Source: a virus
IMG/VR virus record: IMGVR_UViG_3300011977_000003
Span: 1-38,504 of that record
Length of the DNA stretch: 38,504 bases
Strand: one strand, 5' to 3'
Position numbers and translations under genes: made by a program. Below the pieces are notes generated by a model, which searched no databases, had not been told where the DNA came from, and saw only the letters and a list, made by a program, of their open reading frames with translations. Shown here piece after piece: positions 29,056-37,406 of this stretch (position 1 is its first letter; the number at the start of each line of letters is the position of its first letter).

Positions 29056-30383
29056 GTTGTGCCTCCCTTCTGGGCGGCGTCCATATCCGCCCGGCGCTGC
29101 CGCTCGGCCTTCTCCCTGGCACGGTTGGCAGCCTTCTCGGCCTGCTCCATCTGCCACTTGGCGTATGCCTGGGGAGAAGGAGAGATCCGGCCACGGGTCC
29201 GGCCCGTGTAGATCCGCTCCGTCTGTTCTTCGAGGCCCATGGCAGCGCTGAAGCGCTTGTACTCGTCAAGCTGGGCCTGGTATTTGCACCGGGCTGTCAG
29301 GATGTCGTCCGGATCCGCGTCGCCCTTCCTGAGGAGCTGCACCTGCTCACGCCGGGCTCTCATGGCCGTCTCCATCTGCCGCTGCTTCTGGGTGGCCTCG
29401 TAGGTCGTGTACTCCTTGCCCCGGAACTTCTTCGGCGCGTTCTCCTTGGCGTTCATCTGATCCAGCCACTCGTCCGACCAGTTCCGCTGGCTCACGCCAG
29501 GGATGAACGGGTAGTAGTTGTGGCGGCAGTTCCAGCCGCAGAGGCCCGGACCGGTGCCCAGGCCGCACTTGCTCGTCAGCTCTTCCTTGGTGTAGACCTT
29601 GCCCTGCCAGACCGTATGGGAGAGACGGGCGCCCGGGTGCCAGGAGACCTCGAAGAGGTTGGTGCCGAGGCGCTGGGCGTTCATGCTTGTGACCTGGCTG
29701 GCCAGCTGGCCGAAGCCGGTGAGCAGAGCGCGGCGTGCAGCCACGTCGATCCGGTTGTGCCAGCCGCTCGCGTAGTCGATGCCCCAGTCGCCGCCGTTCT
29801 CGTTCTTGAAGACGTGGTCCGTCCTCAGCCCGGAGCTGGTCATCTGGGAGACCATGCGCCGGATCAGCGTGTTGTAGTCGTAGGCTCCGTTGGCCATGCC
29901 GGTGATGGCGTCGTCCAGGTAGCCGTTGTAGACGTCAGCCAGGGGCGTGAAGACCCTGCCGGAGCTGCCGCCCATGTCGATCATGAAGCCGGTGCTCTTG
30001 GTGATGTTGTAGAGCTCCGTGGTGGACTGATCCACCAGGGCGTCCGTGATCTGCTGGAGCTCCGGGTTCTGCTCGTAGGGGATGAAGTCCTTGCCGGTCT
30101 TCTCGTAGAGCTCCTTGTCGCGGGTGTATTCCCGCTCGATGACCTCCATGTAGAGGCGCCGGACCTCTTCCTCGTTCCCCTGGACAGCTCTCCGGATCAT
30201 GGCCTCGATCTCCTGGTTGGTTGTGCCCAGGATCCGGAGGCGGTTGATCTGCCAGTCGGCCGAGTCGGTGATCGTTCCGGCCTTCTGGATCCTTCGGACG
30301 ATGTCCTCCATGATCTCCATCTCCAGCTGCCGGTATTTCTTCTCGATGCCCTCAGCCAGCAGGCTGCTGTAGCTCTCGTCCAT
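29052..30383 (-). CDS. Head morphogenesis / minor capsid protein (SPP1 gp7, Mu F-like)
   Basis: 443 aa, immediately after the portal gene. The C-terminus is basic. Confidence 0.75.
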   Translation of the reverse strand: MDESYSSLLAEGIEKKYRQLEMEIMEDIVRRIQKAGTITDSADWQINRLRILGTTNQEIEAMIRRAVQGNEEEVRRLYMEVIEREYTRDKELYEKTGKDFIPYEQNPELQQITDALVDQSTTELYNITKSTGFMIDMGGSSGRVFTPLADVYNGYLDDAITGMANGAYDYNTLIRRMVSQMTSSGLRTDHVFKNENGGDWGIDYASGWHNRIDVAARRALLTGFGQLASQVTSMNAQRLGTNLFEVSWHPGARLSHTVWQGKVYTKEELTSKCGLGTGPGLCGWNCRHNYYPFIPGVSQRNWSDEWLDQMNAKENAPKKFRGKEYTTYEATQKQRQMETAMRARREQVQLLRKGDADPDDILTARCKYQAQLDEYKRFSAAMGLEEQTERIYTGRTRGRISPSPQAYAKWQMEQAEKAANRAREKAERQRRADMDAAQKGGTT

Positions 30384-30386
30384 TGA

Positions 30387-31835
30387 TTACATCAGGATCC
30401 CGCCAGACTGGTCCGGGATCTTAGAGGCCGCGATCTCCACGGTCTCCCCGTACCACTTGGCGCGGTATTCCTCCGGGCTCATGACGCCCATGGCCACGTC
30501 CTGGCGGTCTTCCTGTCTTTCTGTCTGCTTGTCTTCGATGATGGAGTCGTCGAAGTCGATGGTGATGTCAGTCTCCAGCACCAGGTCCGGCACGTTGGCC
30601 GTCTGGCCCAGGCGGATGATGCAGCGGATCAGATCCTTCAGCACGTCCTCCAGGATGATCTCGTGCTTGCAGATCGTCCGGTACATGTCGCTGTTCTCGC
30701 TGATCACCTGGGTGGCCGTTGCGACCGTGCCCCTCTCGAACCGGTAGTACTGGGTGCCGAAGCCGCACTTGAAGGAGAGGAGGTTGAGGTCGTTGTTGAT
30801 GGCGTCCTCATGCTCCTGCACCCTGAGGCTCATGTTGACCTCGTGCATGGCTTCCTTGGTGTCCTTGAAGTAGTCCTCCGGCAGCTGGTAGAAGACGGAG
30901 TCGTCCGGATCAAAGACCTGATCGCCGTTGGCGTCGGTCAGCATTTCCGGAGCGACGAAGATCCTCTTCCTGCCCATGGTGAACTCGTTCGCGTAGCTGT
31001 CGTACTCGATGTCGATCTTGGCCAGGACGTCGATGCTGTTGGCGAAGAGGCTGATCCCCATCGGGTTGCTGTCGTCCTCGTCGACATTGTTGGCGATGTT
31101 CAGCTTGTCGATCACGAACTGAGGCTGGTCGCTGCCGGTCTCGACTCTGGCAGCCAGTCCCTCGAAGTGCGGGATCTCGTTCCACTCCTCCGGTGTCAGC
31201 TCTTTGCCGGATCCGGAAGAGCAGAGGACGACCGTGTTCTCGATGACGTACTGGAAGCCCAGGTCCTCGCCGTTCTCACCCACCCAGGGCTCCAGCTTGT
31301 GGTGCTGGAACTGGGCGTACTTCTTGCGCTTGTAGGTCTTCTCGAAGACGAAGATCACCTCCGTGACCCTGGAGTTCTCCCAGGCTGTCGGGAAGATGTT
31401 CTTCGCCACGACGTAGTCCAGCTTCACCTCAGCAGAGACCACGCGGCCCTCTTCATCCAGGACCATGTTGGTGAGGTAGGGGACATAGGCCACGGTCCCG
31501 GTGGCCGCCTTGCGCTCCTGGTACTCGTTGCCCTGCACGGTGAAGTTGGCGTCCTCCAGGACCTTCTTCACGAAGGCGTCCGTCGCCGGGTCCTTGATCG
31601 TGATCTTGACCTTCTCATTCAGGAGCAGGTCGCTGATGTCCTCGCAGATCTTCTTGGCCATGCCCAGGCTCTTCCGGTGGCAGCGCTCGTAGTGGCTCGC
31701 GCCGTGGTAGATCCGGTACTGGTGGAACTTCTTCACGTTCGACCTGTACCAGCTGTCCCACATGTCGATCTTGCTGTAGAAGGAGCTGTCGAGGGTGTCG
31801 ATGCCCTTCTTCTTGAAGTATTCAAAGATATTCAT
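30387..31835 (-). CDS. Portal protein (SPP1 gp6-like)
   Basis: 482 aa, directly downstream of TerL. The N-terminus MNIFEYFKKKGIDTLDSSFYSKIDMWDSWY is typical of this portal family. Confidence 0.85.
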   Translation of the reverse strand: MNIFEYFKKKGIDTLDSSFYSKIDMWDSWYRSNVKKFHQYRIYHGASHYERCHRKSLGMAKKICEDISDLLLNEKVKITIKDPATDAFVKKVLEDANFTVQGNEYQERKAATGTVAYVPYLTNMVLDEEGRVVSAEVKLDYVVAKNIFPTAWENSRVTEVIFVFEKTYKRKKYAQFQHHKLEPWVGENGEDLGFQYVIENTVVLCSSGSGKELTPEEWNEIPHFEGLAARVETGSDQPQFVIDKLNIANNVDEDDSNPMGISLFANSIDVLAKIDIEYDSYANEFTMGRKRIFVAPEMLTDANGDQVFDPDDSVFYQLPEDYFKDTKEAMHEVNMSLRVQEHEDAINNDLNLLSFKCGFGTQYYRFERGTVATATQVISENSDMYRTICKHEIILEDVLKDLIRCIIRLGQTANVPDLVLETDITIDFDDSIIEDKQTERQEDRQDVAMGVMSPEEYRAKWYGETVEIAASKIPDQSGGILM

Positions 31836-31836
31836 T

Positions 31837-33207
31837 TCAGATTGTTCCCTCCGCTTCTTCGATTGTTTCCTCCTCTTTTTCCTGCACCGGGAGGTAGTGC
31901 TTCAGCTTCGACCAGAGGCCCATCACCAGGTAGCGGATCGCGTCCATGCAGTGGTCGTTCTCCTTGACCGGCTTCTCCTGGCCTCGCTCGATGCTTTTCT
32001 TGTCGTATTCATAGAGCCCGAACTCGCGCCGGGCGTTCTCCTGCTTCGGGGAGATCGTGAGCATCCCGAAGGTGAGGAGCTTCTGCACCCTGGAGATCCC
32101 CAGGGCGACGTCGTTCTGTGCGTCCCGGAGCCGGACGCTGTAGCCGCAGCCCCGGACCGCTCGCTTGATCTCCTCCGCCAGGCCCGCAGCAGACGGGTCG
32201 ATGAAGACGTAGAAGCTGTTGCAGCTGTACTCCTCGTGGAGATCGTCCAGGAAGGCCACGAAGTCCTCCGCGTACTTGCTGGGGCTCTTCTGTGTCCCGG
32301 ACTCTCTGCCGCTGTGATAGTACTCCGCCAGGCCCTCCAGCCGGTGCTTGGTCATGTTGAGACCGGCCGCCTGGTAGGTGGTGGCGTTCTGCTGGCCATA
32401 GTCGACGCCCACGCCGATCAGCGGGAAGGCCTCCTCCTTCGTCCTGGCGACGTTCTTGCCGCCGAACATGTAGTAGATCAGCTCGTCCACGCCGATCGAG
32501 AGGCCCAGCCAGAGCCAGCGCCACTGGCGCTCGTCGATCTGCCTGAGGATCTCAGCCGACTCCAGGAGCTTCCGGCCGATCCAGGCCTCCGGCACGTCTC
32601 TGTAGTCCACATGGACGTGGATGCAGTCGGGGCGCTGCTCCATCTTGCGGGTCCACTGGACGACCGGAGCGTTCGGGTTCTTGGGCGGGTTATAGAGGTA
32701 GAGCATCTGGAAGCCTTCGTCGTTGCCTCGGATGAAGGTCGCCTCGATGTTCTGGAGCTCGTCCTCGCCTTCGCCCTGCTCGAAGAACTCGTTCACCTCG
32801 TCGATCATGACCAGCTTGATCGGCTTGCTCTCGTCGATGATGCCCTTGGTGTCGTCGATATTGTCGGAGCCGGTGAAGTAGATCGTGTTCCCGTTCTCCA
32901 GGAACGTGACCTCCATCGGGCTCACGGTGATCTTAAAGAGGCGCTCGTCGAGGCCCAGCCTCTTGATCGCTCTCTTGATCTCTTTGTATACGGTCTTCCG
33001 GAGCTTGTTGTGCCTCTTCCGGATGACGACGGCGCTCCCGTCGACGTCCTGCACGATCTTGAAGACCGTCTCGATCGCTGCCTCTGAGGACTTCGTCCCG
33101 GCTCGGCCAGAGGTGAGGATCTTGTGGGTGTGTTCCTCGTCGTTGAACACGTCCCAGAACTTAGGAATGATCAGGTCACTGATCCGGATCTCGTTGCTTT
33201 GTGTCAT
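31837..33207 (-). CDS. terL: Terminase large subunit (PBSX/XtmB-like)
   Basis: 456 aa. Contains the Walker A-like motif SGRAGTKSS and the acidic nuclease C-terminal half, and it precedes the portal gene. Confidence 0.9.
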   Translation of the reverse strand: MTQSNEIRISDLIIPKFWDVFNDEEHTHKILTSGRAGTKSSEAAIETVFKIVQDVDGSAVVIRKRHNKLRKTVYKEIKRAIKRLGLDERLFKITVSPMEVTFLENGNTIYFTGSDNIDDTKGIIDESKPIKLVMIDEVNEFFEQGEGEDELQNIEATFIRGNDEGFQMLYLYNPPKNPNAPVVQWTRKMEQRPDCIHVHVDYRDVPEAWIGRKLLESAEILRQIDERQWRWLWLGLSIGVDELIYYMFGGKNVARTKEEAFPLIGVGVDYGQQNATTYQAAGLNMTKHRLEGLAEYYHSGRESGTQKSPSKYAEDFVAFLDDLHEEYSCNSFYVFIDPSAAGLAEEIKRAVRGCGYSVRLRDAQNDVALGISRVQKLLTFGMLTISPKQENARREFGLYEYDKKSIERGQEKPVKENDHCMDAIRYLVMGLWSKLKHYLPVQEKEEETIEEAEGTI

Positions 33208-33874
33208 TGATAATAGTCACCCTCCGGATCTCACCGGTGCCGCTGCCGAGCTTGGAGCGCAGAAGTTCGAGCCGGAGCTTCTGTTCCTCGGTGGCGGTCT
33301 CGCCGCGTTCTTGCAGCATCTCGGTGTATTGCTTGATCAAGCCCCTGAGGGTGTCCATCGCCCGGGCCTGGGCCTTCATGAAGTTGGCCTGCTTGTCCCA
33401 GGCCTGCTGCACTTCCCAGCGCTCGCCGATGACGTTCCCGTCCTTCTCCTCGATCCGTTCGATCGTCTTGTCCTGCTGGCCCTTGACGTAGGCGATCTTC
33501 TGGGCCCTCACGATGGCCGTGTAGGAGAAGCGGATCTGGTCCCAGAGAAGATCCAGCGGATCGGCCTCCGCGATCTCTCCGAAGATCTCCAGCGTCTCCT
33601 CCGGCAGGTATTTGTTGTAGAAGCCGAACTTCTCGGCCCTCCTGTTTCCTTTTGGCGCCGCTCGGTTGCGGTTGCCAGGCTGTCCGCCTCGTTTCCGAGC
33701 GCTCGTTTTCTTTTCCGAGCGTTCGCTTTTCTTACCGTCCCAGTCATGGGTGCATTTCCATCGGCGGACCGTTCCCTCTGGGACTTCGAGCTGCCTGGCT
33801 ATTTCCACGAGTTTGAGGCCCTGTTTATATAAAGCCAGGGCCTCGTCCGCCTTCGCGTTCTTCGCCCTTGGCAC
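33176..33874 (-). CDS. terS: Terminase small subunit with an N-terminal HTH
   Basis: I prefer the GTG at 33874, which lies 4 nt after gaggaggtga. This gives VPRAKNAKADEALALYKQGLKLVEIARQLEVPEGTVRRWK. The track start at 33955 would include a terminator-like hairpin. Confidence 0.8.
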   Translation of the reverse strand: MPRAKNAKADEALALYKQGLKLVEIARQLEVPEGTVRRWKCTHDWDGKKSERSEKKTSARKRGGQPGNRNRAAPKGNRRAEKFGFYNKYLPEETLEIFGEIAEADPLDLLWDQIRFSYTAIVRAQKIAYVKGQQDKTIERIEEKDGNVIGERWEVQQAWDKQANFMKAQARAMDTLRGLIKQYTEMLQERGETATEEQKLRLELLRSKLGSGTGEIRRVTIINDTKQRDPDQ

Positions 33875-33913
33875 GACCTCACCTCCTCGCTGTATTCGGT
33901 GTTTTGGACAACG

Positions 33914-33943
33914 GAAAAGAGCAGGCGACTCTTCGCCTGCTCT
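33914..33943 (-). terminator. Terminator-like hairpin upstream of terS
   Basis: The 10-bp stem agagcaggcg (33918-27) pairs with cgcctgctct (33934-43). On the minus strand it is followed by TTTTCC. It lies 56 nt after the regulator gene stop. Confidence 0.5.
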
Positions 33944-33998
33944 CACTCGTTTCACGTTACCATAATATCACGTTCGTTTTTGCAATGTTTGCCGACTT

Positions 33999-34421
33999 TT
34001 AATTCCCGCCCAGCGCCTCCCCCAGATGTAGGACGCCCTGCTTCCGGAAGTAGTACGTCCTCCGGACGCTGTAGTTGATGATCTCAGCCACCTGGGCCAT
34101 CGGCACCCGGCCGATGTAGAACTCGGCCAGGACGGTCTTCTCGTTGTCATCCTCCAGCTGCTCGATGGCGTCGCCGATCTCGATGATCAGCAGGGCCTTC
34201 TCCTCCTGGAGCTGCTCGATCTGGTCCTCCAGATCGGCCACTTTGCAGATGATCTCGCTGACCTTGTCGACCGGAGACGTCTGCACCCGGTCGCGGTCGT
34301 ATTGGATCGCCCTGGCGCCGAGGCAGCTCCTCAACTCCTCACACCTCAGCTGCTTCCTCTTGATGGCGTACTCCTTCTTGCGGATCTGCATCAGATAGTC
34401 AAAAGTGTTTTGTAGGTCCAT
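33999..34421 (-). CDS. Sigma-70 region-4-like late transcription regulator (ArpU/RinA/DUF1492-type position)
   Basis: 140 aa. The C-terminal LAEFYIGRVPMAQVAEIINYSVRRTYYFRKQG is HTH-like. It lies immediately upstream of the packaging genes. Confidence 0.6.
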   Translation of the reverse strand: MDLQNTFDYLMQIRKKEYAIKRKQLRCEELRSCLGARAIQYDRDRVQTSPVDKVSEIICKVADLEDQIEQLQEEKALLIIEIGDAIEQLEDDNEKTVLAEFYIGRVPMAQVAEIINYSVRRTYYFRKQGVLHLGEALGGN

Positions 34422-34747
34422 AGGCTTGCTCCCTCCCTTCCTTCCTTCAGCAGATGCTCCAGCGAGACCACGATCTTGCCCGTGGCCAGGGCGTAGCCCA
34501 GCTCCCTGTTGGCGCCTCTGCTGTTTTCCCAGCCCGGGAGCTGGATCAGGTAGTCAGCCTTCGAGAGTATGAGCATGTCAATCTCCATGATCGTGTCATA
34601 GCTCAGCTCCTCGATCGGAACGACCTGGGAGAGTGCTGCCGGATTGATGACATCATAGCCCATGCGTGTGAGCTGCTTCGCTGACCACGCGAACTGCTTC
34701 TTGTAGTCAGGGTTGCCCGTGATCGGGCCGCTTAAATAACCTATCAT
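34391..34747 (-). CDS. DUF4406 / nucleoside 2-deoxyribosyltransferase-like protein
   Basis: 118 aa. Contains MIGYLSGPITGNPDYK...VINPA...LPGWENSRGANRELGYA, the signature of this family. Confidence 0.65.
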   Translation of the reverse strand: MIGYLSGPITGNPDYKKQFAWSAKQLTRMGYDVINPAALSQVVPIEELSYDTIMEIDMLILSKADYLIQLPGWENSRGANRELGYALATGKIVVSLEHLLKEGREGASLWTYKTLLTI

Positions 34748-34923
34748 GTGTATTTCCTCCCCGTTTTCTGATCCTTCAGGTGGATCCTGTTCGTTATGTC
34801 ATAACCGGCCAGAGCTGCCACGGCCTTGATCGTTCTGATCAGCTCGCTGACCTGCTCCGGCGCTTTGTCGGCCCTCTTGATGGCCTTGTCGGCCGTAGGG
34901 TCCGGATAGCCTTCCGCGTTCAC
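34744..34923 (-). CDS. Hypothetical small protein (59 aa, GTG start)
   Basis: Not in the track. My translation is VNAEGYPDPTADKAIKRADKAPEQVSELIRTIKAVAALAGYDITNRIHLKDQKTGRKYT. It has a GTGA overlap with the SNF2 stop and an ATGA overlap with the next start. Confidence 0.45.
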   Translation of the reverse strand: MNAEGYPDPTADKAIKRADKAPEQVSELIRTIKAVAALAGYDITNRIHLKDQKTGRKYT

Positions 34924-36167
34924 TTGGCCCTCCTCTCTTTGAGTGCTGCCAGCAGGGCCGCCTGGCTCGTGTCCTTGTTCTGTAGTGCTGCCATAACCTC
35001 CTCGTCGGCTGTGCCCTCAGCGATCAGGTGGTGGATGATCACCGGCTTTTCCTGGCCCTGCCGGTATAGCCTGGCGTTGGCCTGTTGGTAGAGCTCCAGG
35101 CTCCAGGTGAGGCCGTACCAGACGATCACATGGCCGCCCTCCTGAAGGTTGAGGCCATAGCCGACGCTGGCAGGGTGGGCCAGTAGCACCTGGACCTTCC
35201 CGGCGTTCCAGTCGGAGATGTCCTTCTCGTTCTCCAGGATCCTCGCGCCCTTGATCTTGCCCTGGATGGCCGCGAGGTCGTGCTTGTAGCTGTAGAAGAC
35301 CAGCACCGGGCTGTCCGTCGTGTCGACGATCTCGGCCAGGGCCTCCAGCTTCGCCTCGTGGATCTTCACGACCTTGCCTTCGTTCGTGTAGACGCTGCCG
35401 TTCGCTATCTGGAGGAGCTTGGTCATGACGGCCGCCGCGTTCAGGGCCGCGATGTCGTCGTCCTCGATCTGGAGGAGCTGGTCGCGCTCCATGCGCTTGT
35501 ATGCCTCCATCTCGTCCGGAGACAGCTGCACCGGGATCACGTTGTCGATCCTCTTGGGCAGCTTCAGGTAGTCGGCCGCGCTCATGCTGATGCAGATGTC
35601 GCTGATCTTGTCCTCGATCTCCTTCTGGGCGTTCCGGAAGGGCTCCCACTTATAGACGACGTAGCCGTTCCGTGCTCCGGGCCGGAAGTATCTCTCCCGG
35701 TAGGATCCCAGCGTCAGGCCCAGGCGCTCGCCCTGGTCCAGCAGGTAGACCTCGGCCCAGAGATCCATCAGCCCGTTGGGGCTCGGCGTGCCGGTGAGGC
35801 CGACGACTCTGCTCACGGACGGCATGGCCTTCTTCAGCGCCCGGAAGCGCTTGGCCTGGGGGTTCTTGAAGGAGCTCAGCTCGTCGATCACGATCATGTC
35901 GAACGGCCAGCCCTTCCTTAGTCCCTGGTAGTAGTTGATCAGCCAGATCACGTTGTCCCGGCCGATCACATAGATGTCGGCCTCAGCCCTCAGCGCCCGG
36001 ATCCGCTGCTGCTCGTTCCCCAGGACCTTCGAGATCCGGAGGTCCTTCAGGTGGTCCCACTTGGCGTGCTCCCTCGTCCAGGTGTCCTCGGCCACCCGCT
36101 TCGGGGCGATAACCAGGACGCGGGAGATCTCGAAGCGGTCATACATGAGCTCCTGGATCGCGGTCAT
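34920..36167 (-). CDS. SNF2-family helicase, main body (lacks its own Walker A; see the fragment at 36184..36279)
   Basis: Contains DELSSFKN (motif II), the helicase-C region LLAHPASVGYGLNLQ and QANARLYRQGQ (motif VI). The frame is open upstream to 36200 and reads ...SKTVITMTAIQEL. Confidence 0.85.
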   Translation of the reverse strand: MTAIQELMYDRFEISRVLVIAPKRVAEDTWTREHAKWDHLKDLRISKVLGNEQQRIRALRAEADIYVIGRDNVIWLINYYQGLRKGWPFDMIVIDELSSFKNPQAKRFRALKKAMPSVSRVVGLTGTPSPNGLMDLWAEVYLLDQGERLGLTLGSYRERYFRPGARNGYVVYKWEPFRNAQKEIEDKISDICISMSAADYLKLPKRIDNVIPVQLSPDEMEAYKRMERDQLLQIEDDDIAALNAAAVMTKLLQIANGSVYTNEGKVVKIHEAKLEALAEIVDTTDSPVLVFYSYKHDLAAIQGKIKGARILENEKDISDWNAGKVQVLLAHPASVGYGLNLQEGGHVIVWYGLTWSLELYQQANARLYRQGQEKPVIIHHLIAEGTADEEVMAALQNKDTSQAALLAALKERRAK

Positions 36168-36183
36168 CGTGATGACGGTCTTG

Positions 36184-36279
36184 CTAACCCAAGCCCATGT
36201 CTAAAAATAACCCGACTTTCGGGATCTTGATCACGAGCTCCATCGCTCTCTTTTGATAATCATGCGGCATGAACTTCAT
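36184..36279 (-). pseudogene. Detached N-terminal fragment of the SNF2 helicase, ending inside the Walker A motif
   Basis: My translation is MKFMPHDYQKRAMELVIKIPKVGLFLDMGLG followed by TAG. Deleting 4 nt (ttag) would restore GLGKTVITMTAIQEL in frame with 34920..36167. Confidence 0.75.
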
Positions 36280-36737
36280 CTGGCACCACCTCCTTCCTCT
36301 TCGTCGTGTTCTTTATGCCAGCGGGCGTGCTCCGCTTGGCTTGCAAAAATCATTAAATTCTCGGGTCTGTTGTCCTTCTTGTTTCTGTTAATGTGATGCA
36401 CGACCTCGCCCTTTTTCAGTGGCCGCCCGAGTATTTGCTCAGCCACGGTTCGATGTTCGTGTCTTCCGTTCACTTTTCTGTAGGTGTCAGCGGTTCCAGT
36501 GTCAAGCCTTGCCTTGCTTATCTTTTCCCGGACTTCCTTGGTCATTTTCTCTGCATTGTGTTGTCGATTGTATTCGCTCAGATGCGGGTGTCGTGTTATA
36601 GGACGCCCCTCTGGGTTGTACTTCTTCGATCGGTATCTCGCCTGACAGTCTCTGCAGCAGAAGGCCATCTTCTTCCCGACCATCTGGCTCGGGTATCTCT
36701 GGAACTCCTTGCCGCACCAGTCACATGTGTATTTCAT
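36276..36737 (-). CDS. HNH endonuclease
   Basis: I chose the start ATG at 36737 (RBS gggaggg). This gives MKYTCDWCGKEF...CCRDCQ (zinc-finger-like) and HRTVAEQILGRPLKKGEVVHHINRNKKDNRPENL (HNH). Its stop overlaps the ATG of the SNF2 fragment (ATGA). Confidence 0.85.
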   Translation of the reverse strand: MKYTCDWCGKEFQRYPSQMVGKKMAFCCRDCQARYRSKKYNPEGRPITRHPHLSEYNRQHNAEKMTKEVREKISKARLDTGTADTYRKVNGRHEHRTVAEQILGRPLKKGEVVHHINRNKKDNRPENLMIFASQAEHARWHKEHDEEEGGGAR

Positions 36738-37122
36738 AGCGATCCCTCCCGTCTTGCTTTCCATATACGTCCTTAAACTGGAAGGCGCTCCGGTCGATGC
36801 CGTACTCCTCGCGCCAGCGCTGGAAGCGGGGCGTATCAGAATATACCATCCCGAGATCTTCCAGAAGCTCACTGACTCCGACCGTGCCGTAGACGGTGAT
36901 CACCTTGGCCCCGACCTTCCTCATGCGTTTATGCTGCCATGCCTGGATCGGCGAGAGCCTGCCTGTGTCAGTCTTTAGCTCCACGAAGAGCGCCCTGCCA
37001 TCCGGGCATATAACCAGACGATCGGGCACGCCATCGTTACCGGGGCTTGTAAATTTCATCGCGAGAAGGCCGAGGCGATCGCAGCCTTCACGAAGCCATT
37101 TTTCTATAGTTTTTTCTCTCAT
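36721..37122 (-). CDS. VRR-NUC domain nuclease
   Basis: 133 aa. GVPDRLVICPDGRALFVELKTDTGRLSPIQ is the PD...ExK core of VRR-NUC. Confidence 0.8.
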   Translation of the reverse strand: MREKTIEKWLREGCDRLGLLAMKFTSPGNDGVPDRLVICPDGRALFVELKTDTGRLSPIQAWQHKRMRKVGAKVITVYGTVGVSELLEDLGMVYSDTPRFQRWREEYGIDRSAFQFKDVYGKQDGRDRYEIHM

Positions 37123-37133
37123 ATTGATCCTCC

Positions 37134-37406
37134 GGTGGTAACGAGCGCCGCGATTTTTTCCTATAATGCGCGTATTCGCCCTCGCGGGTGCCCGTTTTCG
37201 CGTGTGTACGGTATATTTTTAATAATCTATATAAAATCCTTGTTACCTCGTTACCATTACGCCGTCAGCCTTGCTGTTGCTGGCTTTTAGGTGGTAACGA
37301 GTAGGGTAACAAGTGTGGTAACGTGCGGCTGCTTGTTACCATTAGCCGCCGTTGCAGGTGGTAACGAGGGCCCCTCGTTACCGGCCCCCCTCGTTACCGT
37401 TACCAC
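37134..37406. repeat. Iteron cluster with an AT-rich spacer: putative replication origin
   Basis: GGTGGTAACGAG occurs at 37134, 37290 and 37357. Its complement CTCGTTACC occurs at 37247, 37374 and 37390. Additional GGTAAC/GTTACC cores occur at 37242, 37305, 37317, 37334 and 37399. An AT-rich stretch spans 37211-37240. Confidence 0.55.

Noticed and set aside
33950-33968. A GGTAACG motif near terS (tattatGGTAACGtgaaacgag) as an extra iteron of the putative origin.
   Set aside because: It is a single isolated 7-mer match without the full 12-mer. Chance occurrence is plausible, so no functional link is claimed.
36184-36186. The TAG inside the SNF2 Walker A as evidence of stop-codon reassignment.
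   Set aside because: Reading through TAG in frame gives QDRHHDDRDPGAHV followed by a stop, not helicase sequence. The continuation is in a different frame, so recoding of TAG alone cannot explain the break. Other genes here also terminate normally with TAG, TGA or TAA.
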